Source of the DNA: Dickeya solani IPO 2222
Lineage (GTDB): Bacteria > Pseudomonadota > Gammaproteobacteria > Enterobacterales > Enterobacteriaceae
Length of the DNA stretch: 32,000 bases
Reading direction: 5' to 3'
NCBI RefSeq assembly: GCF_001644705.1
Contig: NZ_CP015137.1
Coordinates: 4,620,001 to 4,652,000, forward strand
Shown piece by piece: positions 20,876 to 28,120 of the stretch (position 1 is the stretch's first letter; every line of letters begins with the position of its first letter). Under the pieces are notes generated by a model. The model was given only the letters and a program-made list of their open reading frames with translations. It was not told the origin of the DNA and did not search any database. The translations under genes were made by a program, and so were the position numbers.

Positions 20876-23800
20876 TTATGCATCCAGAGGATAAGCTCGC
20901 ATCACCGCTTCGATTCGCTCTCGGGCACTACTCGTAACACGTTTAAATCCGAACCCTTTCGCAATTTCGGCAGCTTTATCCTCGCCATGGACTTTATCCA
21001 CCATGGGCACAATCTCCTCATAAGCGATTTCATTCATAGAACGCATATCATCATCTGTCTCAGGGGAACGTGCTATATGCCAACCGTCACTTTGTTGCTG
21101 GGAAATCCAGACAAAATCTCCGTCAATTTTGTCTGCTTTGATAAAGTGATGTTTGTCGATTATCTCCAGCACTCGTGTCCTAATTAACCGCCCTGCTCGG
21201 CCGAAGCCATGGAGGCGAGCAATACGTTGTACCAGCAAGGAATCCAATATTGGAGCCTCCTGCTCAAGCGTATGCGTAACTAATTGGCGCAATGTGTCCT
21301 CATACTCATCGGCGTAGAAGTGTTCAGCATCAATCATTGATGTAAACGCAGAGAAATCAGTCTGTCTGTAGACAAAACGATCGCTAGCCTGAGCAACATC
21401 AGACGTGATGTCGTATTTGTGCGCTATTTTGCGCTCGTAGATGACTGACTCGTCATTGGCAGCAGCAACGGTGACCACCTCATCTGGAGGATCAGAAAGA
21501 ACATCGTTAATTTCCCCGTTGACTGACAATGAAGTCATCTCTTCTGCGTCACTCTTCGGCTCATCATCGCACTCAGTAGTATCAACTTCCCTGACGGCAT
21601 TTTTCTCGACAAGCTGACTTTCAAGTGCTCGTGATGCTTCCAACAACGCTTCTATCTCGGCATGAAGGCGTTCAAGTGAGCCTTGTTTATCAATCCACCA
21701 ATCAGTGGACCACACCCGCACAAGTTTCCAGCCAAGACCGAGCAGAACCGCACTACGAACCTTATCCCTATCTCTGGCTGTTGCAGCACTGTGATAGCTT
21801 GCGCCATCGCACTCCACCCCGACGAGATAATCTCCAGGATGATCAGGATGTACGATTCCTAGATCGATACGGAAACGTGACACACCGATTTGTGGTACGA
21901 CATTCCATCCTTTCTGGCGCAATCCATTAGCGACCGCTTCCTCAAAGGGAGATTCATATCCCCCCAGGGAGCCTCTAATCGCTTGTGCCAACGCGACCGG
22001 TCCTCGCTGAGCAAATTCAATGAAGTGTTTGAGGTCTTGCACCGCACGAGCGCTTGTGCGGTTGAGATCAATCAAAGATGGGTCGAACGACGTGAAGAGC
22101 AGCATCTCACACCTTGCACGCGTGATAGCTACATTCAAGCGGCGCCATCCCCCTTCTTTATTCAACGGACCAAAGTTCATCGACATGGTATTGGCATCTG
22201 CGGCGGTTGGCCCGTAGCAGATCCCCAGCATGATAAGATCACGCTCATCACCTTGGACAGTCTCTAAGTTTTTAACTATCACGGGTTCCGCTAAATCGTC
22301 CTGAAAATAAGCTTCAATAGAGGGATTCTGCTGTCGCGCTCTGTCTAGCAGGTCAGAAATAAGTCTCTGCTGATCGCTATTTAACGTAATAATGCCGATT
22401 GAGCGCCTCGACTTAATGAATTCAGGATCAGTCAAACGTTTAACGGTTTCAGCTACAATGGCTTCAGCTTCTGCCTGATTGTGTCGCCCCTTGCCTTTAG
22501 CATAAAGACCATCAATTTTACGCCACTCCACCATGCTCGATTTCGTTTGAGCAGCGGGAAATGTGATGAGGTTGCTGCCGTAATAGCGGTGGTTGGAGAA
22601 AGCAATCAAGCTTTCATGACGACTGCGGTAATGCCAGCTCAAGCTGTGGTTATAAATTCCCGCCGCCAGACATTCATCCAGAATGCTTTCCATATCTTCT
22701 TCTGTATCATCTTCCGCATCTGTCTCCCCTCGGCCAAAGAAGTTGGTAGGTGGCATCTGACGTGGATCGCCTGCAATCACCACCTGTTTCCCTCGGGCAA
22801 TGGACCCAACCGCATCCCATGGCGTAATCTGAGATGCTTCATCGAATATCACGAGATCAAACTGGGATTGATTGGCAGGAAGATATTGTGCTATCGATAA
22901 CGGACTCATTAGCATACAGGGAGCCAATGTTGACATGGCACTTCCCATTTCCGTCGCCAACTGGCGGATGGGTTTATGCCGCCGAGATTTTTGCAACTCG
23001 TGTTTTAATACACCATACCCCCCAATCTTACCCACATCGTTCTTGGCGGGAATATGTCCACACAGCTTCGCTCGGATGTAACGCACCGCCAATTGAGACA
23101 ATCGCTCATCCTGCTTACGGTATGCCTCAATATCACTCATATGCTCTGCGGGTACGAAATTACGCAAAAGCGGTTCGGCATCGATTACCCATGCAGCGAA
23201 CCAACGCGCGTAGGCGGTCTCAAAAGTATCAACAACCTGGCCTTCTGGAATTTCTTTTCTTGCCATGACTTCCGCCAGCGGTTGTAGGCCAATCACATTG
23301 GCTTCATCCCGCACACGGCACCAGTCGCACCACGATTTAAGCGCTGCTGGTTTGTTAACAATACCCACTGCGGTTTCACGCAACAGAGTGATCTCATTTT
23401 CATTAGATGGCTGATGGCCTAGCAGCGTGCTAAAACGCGTCGCCGTGTTGTCGAAATCAGTGATAGCAGATTTGAGGCGTGCCAAGCGAATGGCAAGATT
23501 TCCATCCTTGTCCAATAAGTCATTAGAATCGACAATCAGCGTGGAAACAGAAGCGCGAAGTTCTGCGAGATGCGACGAGGAAGTTGCCATTGCACTCATC
23601 TTCGTACGAATGAGCTCGGAGAGCGACATTGCCTGTGCAAGTCGCGTCAAATCACTATTTCGACTATCCCAACCTGGCATATCCTGTATATCGGCAGAGC
23701 ATCCCTCTAGTGCAGAGATAAGCTCTTTTATCTTTCTAAGCGTTATGAGATCGCGAACAACATCAGGGCTGCCTGATGCTCCGCCTTGCGTTGCTAAATC

Positions 23801-26794
23801 AGCAGTGACTTTCTTTTTCGCCATCGAGGCAAAGAACCAAAGCTTTTTCTCCGCCTGCTTCCAGTCATTTTCAATTTGTTCGAGATTAATACGGTTATAA
23901 AGTTCAGCGGTGTAAGTTACAGAAAGGTTTTTCTCCTCCGTTCGGAACGCGTCAACCAGTCCCATGGCACGCTGTGCTGTACTTATCTTCGTCGCCACGT
24001 TGGGAGAAAACATGAATCGGAGATCAACATTATGCGCCGTTAGCAATAACCCCACGAATTCAATTAATTTATTGACTTCACGTAGCCCAGAGCTAACCGC
24101 TGTCAAATGAGTGATATCCTGGACGTCGCGCAGCCCAGACTCTACATTATCAATGCTCTTGGGTATTTCATGCGCTACGGCGACCAGCCTTTCCTGCCAT
24201 CCGTTTGACCACTCCGTACGAGAGATGTAACCGAACACACCATCCAATTCTCTTGCTGTCCGGCTATTGAGGTCGAGTCGACGCGCAACATCACGAAATC
24301 GAGTCATCTCATCCCGATCATGGTGAGTGCCCGCTGGCCACTGCATTTTGGGCGTAGCCTCATCTGCATCACGAATGACTCGCCCTATCGCCTGATGAAC
24401 GGTAAGCCCATTTGGCCAGATCTTATGCAGGACGCTAACAACACCATTCAGCTTATCGCGCAAACGCTGCGCTTCCCGCCCTTCTGCCAACCACTCATCT
24501 GCTGAAAGGACATCCCTTGTGTCCCATGCCCGCTCAAGTTGCTTTAAGAAATCTACTTTTGAGGTTTTACTTGAATGAAGTTCAACGCAAAATTCACCCA
24601 ATCCCTTTTCCTCAAGACGACGGTACACCACGTCCAGCGCGGCTCTTTTTTCGGCAACAAACAAGACCCGCCGACCTAGCGCAAGATTATGTGCGATCAT
24701 ATTAGCGATAGTCTGGGATTTACCGGTTCCTGGTGGGCCATCAAGGACGAAGTTTTTTCCATTAGCGGAAGCAGCAATTGCAGCAATCTGCGAAGAGTCA
24801 GCAGGCAGAGGCAAAAATAGTTCCGTCGCTTTTACCTTACTGTCCAAATCCTTCGCGGACACAAACTCACCATCCGATGCCAGCATCTCACCGCCACTAC
24901 CGCGTTCAAGGAGACATTTTACTACTGCGTTTTGCATTAGCTGAGCAGACCGCTCGACCAGATCTTTCCACATCAGATATTTAGCAAATGAGAACGTACC
25001 AATGATCAGTTCGGGGACAACTTCGAAGCCGGGAATATCTCTTACGGCACGTCTTACCGTATTCCATATACCTGGAACGTCAATCCCGGACTCATCAGTG
25101 GGTAACTCACCGTCGAGTCCAGGAATTGATAATGAAAAATCATGGCGAAGCAATTCAAGTAGCGTGAGGTTAAAACGCGGTTCGTCCTCCAACATACGCA
25201 TCGTGACCCCGGATAAGGCACTTTTGCGCTCAAGCTGGATGGGCAGCAGAATCAATGGTGCTGAATAGGCTTGAGGTTCATCGGCACTTTTTTTCCATTT
25301 CAGAAAACCAATCGCCAGAAAGAGTGTATTTGATCCACCTTCGTCTATGTCGTTGCGCGCCTTTCGGTAGAGTTCAACGAGTAACGCCTCGAGTTTTTCC
25401 TTTACATCTGTCGCGAGTACTTCGCCTCGCGACAACACATCCCGAGCATACTCATCATACAGACTTTCACTATTCTGCTGCTGATAAAGATCTGCATCCC
25501 GCCCCGCTGATTCAAGGTTTGGCATTGGAACGATACGTATGCGTTTACCTTCCGCTAATTTATCCTCTAACGCAGCAGGGTCCAGGCAAAGTAATCTCAC
25601 ACTTTTCGATTTTGCTGGCAGATGGAGAAGCCTATTACGGGTCGTGAGATCAAGCAGTTTTCGTTGCCATACAGCGAGTTTCCCCGCGGGGGCGCTTGAC
25701 GTTTCGTTCGGTATGTCTACATCAAATGAAGGAAGATTCGGTGCTTCTTCTAACGCTTCGTTAATAGTTTCAGAGGCATCGTCTCGTCGCGTTACCGCCT
25801 CTTGTGGCTTCGTTTCTGCCAGCGCAAGTGGACGAATACGTTGCATCCTTGCTCTGCGAATATCCACAGCCACAATAAAATCATGATCTGTCAGTTGGCT
25901 TCTTGCGGTTTCAATGGCCTGAGTGAATGTAGGAACAATCGGTTTTGTTACCAGTGTCGTTTCAAAGACAACCATTTCCTGCAAATCAATCCGTTTGCGA
26001 ATTGCAGAAACATCTTCGGTAAGCAGATTAGAGAACTCCTGCGGTTGCAGCCATACCCCGACAAAAGCATGCCCTTCGGTAAAGACAACAACCGGGTTCA
26101 TTCCCAATTGCTCGATAGCAGCAGCAAAAAGTAATGCGCTGTCCAGGCAGGTGGCAACCATACCATCTAATATCGCTGAGGGGGTACGAATCTTCTGCCC
26201 TTGAGTTTCAAAACTGGCAGGGGGAAGCGCGTAGCTCAGTTTCAAGCTGCCTATTGCCGACCATAATGCAGAAGTAAGCTCCCAACTACGCCTCCTTGAT
26301 TCAGCCGTATATCCATCAAGTGAATCTTTTTTACCTGCTCGGCGTAATACATCTGAGGTTGTCTTTAGCACCTTATCGACGGCGATATCATTCGGCATAA
26401 CGAAAGCGGCGATTAATTCGGACATCCCGACGCCGCCCCACTCGTTTTTCGCCAAAACTTCGATGGGATAGCTCGCGGTAGCCAGCGTTGTATCATCACC
26501 AGCAAGTGTCAGAATCAATTCACCTCTGACACTTTCAGATAAAGAGAAAAGGTAATCCGCATTTAGACGCGCATCGCGATCTGAAATTTCCAATTCATCA
26601 CCGCGCGTTAGTCGGTCTAAATGCCACGTTTTAGGTTCAAGGAAAGAAGGTGACGACGTTAATGTGAGAGTCAGATCTTCAAAATCAGTTTCACTACCAT
26701 TATTTATTTTTAACTCACGTACAATGGGTACTGCATTCTGATGTGACGCGAAGCCAACCTTGCTGGTGAAGATCGCGGCCAATGTGATACTCAT
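20876..26794 (-). CDS. Giant (1,972-aa) multidomain SF1 Upf1-like helicase / PD-(D/E)xK-type endonuclease fusion with an N-terminal transglutaminase-like module (DUF4011...DUF3320-type architecture)
   Basis: This is one uninterrupted ORF. An AGGAG RBS lies 6 nt before ATG 26794; the ORF-track start is GTG 26797. Residue numbers below follow the 1,973-aa track translation. (1) aa 205-285: a Cys/His core, ATC217LDSALLFAAAIEQLGMNPVVVFTEGH243AFVGVWL...VVFE279TT. (2) aa 375-610: WQRKLLDLTTRNRLLHL and GGSNTLFLAIGFLKW, which are DUF4011-like hallmarks. (3) Walker A GPPGTGK693S (nt 24716-24739), motif Ia VLFVAEKRAALD, then a ~550-aa helical insert, motif II DLVIFDEASQ (aa 1314-1323), GDPRQMPP, YRSRHESLIAFSN, VQGDERD and RRLNVAITRAR. 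(4) aa 1612-1705: RID1645LGIV...YLVGVE1662CD1664GASYH...RDRDKVR...LGW.LVRVW, which is Vsr/DUF559-like. (5) An acidic linker followed by a C-terminal ~170-aa DUF3320-like tail. Confidence 0.92.
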   Translation of the reverse strand: MSITLAAIFTSKVGFASHQNAVPIVRELKINNGSETDFEDLTLTLTSSPSFLEPKTWHLDRLTRGDELEISDRDARLNADYLFSLSESVRGELILTLAGDDTTLATASYPIEVLAKNEWGGVGMSELIAAFVMPNDIAVDKVLKTTSDVLRRAGKKDSLDGYTAESRRRSWELTSALWSAIGSLKLSYALPPASFETQGQKIRTPSAILDGMVATCLDSALLFAAAIEQLGMNPVVVFTEGHAFVGVWLQPQEFSNLLTEDVSAIRKRIDLQEMVVFETTLVTKPIVPTFTQAIETARSQLTDHDFIVAVDIRRARMQRIRPLALAETKPQEAVTRRDDASETINEALEEAPNLPSFDVDIPNETSSAPAGKLAVWQRKLLDLTTRNRLLHLPAKSKSVRLLCLDPAALEDKLAEGKRIRIVPMPNLESAGRDADLYQQQNSESLYDEYARDVLSRGEVLATDVKEKLEALLVELYRKARNDIDEGGSNTLFLAIGFLKWKKSADEPQAYSAPLILLPIQLERKSALSGVTMRMLEDEPRFNLTLLELLRHDFSLSIPGLDGELPTDESGIDVPGIWNTVRRAVRDIPGFEVVPELIIGTFSFAKYLMWKDLVERSAQLMQNAVVKCLLERGSGGEMLASDGEFVSAKDLDSKVKATELFLPLPADSSQIAAIAASANGKNFVLDGPPGTGKSQTIANMIAHNLALGRRVLFVAEKRAALDVVYRRLEEKGLGEFCVELHSSKTSKVDFLKQLERAWDTRDVLSADEWLAEGREAQRLRDKLNGVVSVLHKIWPNGLTVHQAIGRVIRDADEATPKMQWPAGTHHDRDEMTRFRDVARRLDLNSRTARELDGVFGYISRTEWSNGWQERLVAVAHEIPKSIDNVESGLRDVQDITHLTAVSSGLREVNKLIEFVGLLLTAHNVDLRFMFSPNVATKISTAQRAMGLVDAFRTEEKNLSVTYTAELYNRINLEQIENDWKQAEKKLWFFASMAKKKVTADLATQGGASGSPDVVRDLITLRKIKELISALEGCSADIQDMPGWDSRNSDLTRLAQAMSLSELIRTKMSAMATSSSHLAELRASVSTLIVDSNDLLDKDGNLAIRLARLKSAITDFDNTATRFSTLLGHQPSNENEITLLRETAVGIVNKPAALKSWCDWCRVRDEANVIGLQPLAEVMARKEIPEGQVVDTFETAYARWFAAWVIDAEPLLRNFVPAEHMSDIEAYRKQDERLSQLAVRYIRAKLCGHIPAKNDVGKIGGYGVLKHELQKSRRHKPIRQLATEMGSAMSTLAPCMLMSPLSIAQYLPANQSQFDLVIFDEASQITPWDAVGSIARGKQVVIAGDPRQMPPTNFFGRGETDAEDDTEEDMESILDECLAAGIYNHSLSWHYRSRHESLIAFSNHRYYGSNLITFPAAQTKSSMVEWRKIDGLYAKGKGRHNQAEAEAIVAETVKRLTDPEFIKSRRSIGIITLNSDQQRLISDLLDRARQQNPSIEAYFQDDLAEPVIVKNLETVQGDERDLIMLGICYGPTAADANTMSMNFGPLNKEGGWRRLNVAITRARCEMLLFTSFDPSLIDLNRTSARAVQDLKHFIEFAQRGPVALAQAIRGSLGGYESPFEEAVANGLRQKGWNVVPQIGVSRFRIDLGIVHPDHPGDYLVGVECDGASYHSAATARDRDKVRSAVLLGLGWKLVRVWSTDWWIDKQGSLERLHAEIEALLEASRALESQLVEKNAVREVDTTECDDEPKSDAEEMTSLSVNGEINDVLSDPPDEVVTVAAANDESVIYERKIAHKYDITSDVAQASDRFVYRQTDFSAFTSMIDAEHFYADEYEDTLRQLVTHTLEQEAPILDSLLVQRIARLHGFGRAGRLIRTRVLEIIDKHHFIKADKIDGDFVWISQQQSDGWHIARSPETDDDMRSMNEIAYEEIVPMVDKVHGEDKAAEIAKGFGFKRVTSSARERIEAVMRAYPLDA

Positions 26795-26981
26795 CACAAT
26801 CTCCTATACATCTGTGTAGTCATAAGAACAGCGAAGGCCATTAACCCCCACTTAATAACATGAAGAAATAAAAAATGTTTTTATATGCGCTATACTTAGC
26901 ATAAGTTGCTAATGGTATATCAGAGTAGTTTCACTTAGAATGTCACAGTATTGCTATGATTTCACTCACTTTACTCGAAGT

Positions 26982-27020
26982 AAAATATCATAATATCACT
27001 CATGAATATTATGATGTTTT
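26982..27020. repeat. AT-rich 15-bp-arm palindrome in the non-coding region upstream of the giant gene
   Basis: aaaatatcataatat (26982-26996) - cactcatga - atattatgatgtttt (27006-27020), with 14 of 15 positions complementary. It lies about 190-225 bp upstream of the giant gene start. A second small palindrome, ataaaaa-tg-tttttat, lies at about 26868-26883. Confidence 0.5.
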
Positions 27021-27487
27021 ATCCTCATACAAATGTCTTAAATGGATAATTACCCTAGATTAGCAATAAAATAATCGCCTTCAGCAATTAAATACCAGCA
27101 CGATCAGGAAATAGATTTGTAACCCCCCTGAATTCTAGATTTTGTTTCTAAATAAACCCACTTTGACGTTTTTTGGTTTCTGGTAGAAAATCTACGATGG
27201 ATGACTTGGTTACTCAATGTTCCAGTCTTCTGACCTTCACAATGATGACCGGGGTTTGGAGGTTATTGTAAAGCAAGGCACATAGAAGACACAGCACTAA
27301 GCTTGCTTGGATTTGATCTCAAGCTAGAGATTCGTTCAATCCTTTGGATGCAGGAAATAATTCCATCTTACAGTATTACTTGCTCGAGAGCTCTCTCATG
27401 GCCGCTTCTCACGCAGAGTTTACAGCCAACGCGGCTAGGGCCCATCAGTAACTATGATGCCAACTTCAATACAAGTCGTTGCATTTG

Positions 27488-27658
27488 TCAAACAGCAAGA
27501 CGGAGATGAGCGAACTTCTTGCGAGTTGCCTCAAGTGAAGCTTCAATCTTGGTCGAGGACTGACCTGTCTCTACCGCCGTTGAGGTAGCGACTGAACGGG
27601 CAATATCAGCACGGGATGGCTTAGCATAAGGAACTCGCATTTTTTTTTCGTTGCTCAT
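27488..27658 (-). CDS. Unlisted 56-aa ORF (hypothetical small helical protein, possible antitoxin-like)
   Basis: The ORF is below the ORF-track size cutoff. On the minus strand, ttttcAGGAGccATGATGAGC... encodes MSNEKKMRVPYAKPSRADIARSVATSTAVETGQSSTKIEASLEATRKKFAHLRLAV*. The AGGAG RBS lies 5 nt before ATG 27658 (an alternative ATG is at 27661). An extended -10 promoter lies 50 nt upstream. The stop is TGA at 27490-27488. Confidence 0.5.
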   Translation of the reverse strand: MSNEKKMRVPYAKPSRADIARSVATSTAVETGQSSTKIEASLEATRKKFAHLRLAV

Positions 27659-27707
27659 CATGGCTCCTGAAAATCAGAATTTTTAGGCTCAAAACCACCC
27701 TGTAAAC

Positions 27708-27736
27708 ATTATACCAAGTTTTCCGCATAGCTTCAC
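27708..27736 (-). promoter_or_regulatory. Extended -10 promoter (TGgTATAAT) for the 56-aa ORF
   Basis: The minus strand reads GTGAAG-N17-(TGG)TATAAT. The TATAAT is the complement of 27708-27713 and the TGn extension is at 27714-27716. The -35 is weak, which an extended -10 tolerates. The predicted leader to the start codon is about 40 nt. Confidence 0.4.
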
Positions 27737-27853
27737 ATAATCAAACGAGTTTATGTCCTACTGATAGCCCATTTGACCCTGACCCGAAATCCTGTGTCAT
27801 TCAGAAACAGAATTCCGGCATGATCCATACTTCCCTGTACGGAGGTGGTGCCG

Positions 27854-28120
27854 ATGAAAAAATCACGATTCACCGAAGAGCAGATTGTCTTCGCCCTGAA
27901 GCAGGCCGAACTGGGTACGCCGGTGCCCGAGGTCTGCCGTAAGCTGGGCATTTCTGATGCCACGTTCTATACGTGGCGCAAGAAATACGGCGGCATTTCG
28001 CCCTCAGAACTGAAGCACATGCGCCAGCTGGAAGAGGAAAACCTGCGGCTGAAGAAACTGGTGGTCGATCTGAGCCTCGACAAGGCGATGCTGCAGGACG
28101 TGCTGGCAAAAAAGACCTGA
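27854..28120 (+). CDS. IS3-family transposase OrfA (HTH)
   Basis: MKKSRFTEEQIVFALKQAELGTPVPEVCRKLGISDATFYTWRKKYGGISPSELKHMRQLEEENLRLKKLVVDLSLDKAMLQDVLAKK is a typical IS3/IS407 OrfA with an HTH and a leucine zipper. A GGAGG RBS lies 8 nt before ATG 27854. Confidence 0.8.
   Translation: MKKSRFTEEQIVFALKQAELGTPVPEVCRKLGISDATFYTWRKKYGGISPSELKHMRQLEEENLRLKKLVVDLSLDKAMLQDVLAKKT
28108..28114 (+). promoter_or_regulatory. IS3-type -1 programmed ribosomal frameshift heptamer A AAA AAG
   Basis: gcA_AAA_AAG_acc lies at the end of orfA. The -1 frame continues KKDLTLARLREWVRELQARYGASERQVCFVL..., which is OrfB. Confidence 0.7.

Noticed and set aside
20876-26794. Assigning the giant gene to a named defence system (Mokosh, Nhi, Druantia DruE, Hachiman, Gabija)
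   Set aside because: There is no PLD-nuclease gene or domain, as Mokosh would require. There is no DUF1998 or other Druantia partner genes. The nuclease is C-terminal and Vsr-like, and the protein is far larger than Nhi as I recall it. There are no HamA or GajA-type partners. Only the general helicase-plus-nuclease logic is shared, so I do not label it with a known system name.
27211-27219. 9-mer tactcaatg repeated at 28592-28600 (exactly at the IS truncation point), plus the 9-mer ctcatgaat shared between 18576-18584 and 26999-27007, considered as att or target-site duplications
   Set aside because: Matches of 9 bp between regions of a few hundred bp to 1 kb are expected by chance at roughly order one. 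The flanking bases do not extend the matches, and the positions do not bracket a coherent element.
27303-27509. 68-aa plus-strand ORF in the spacer
   Set aside because: It starts with a non-ATG codon (TTG) without an RBS. It overlaps the 3' end of the better-supported minus-strand 56-aa ORF. Its composition is unremarkable and I recognise no motif.
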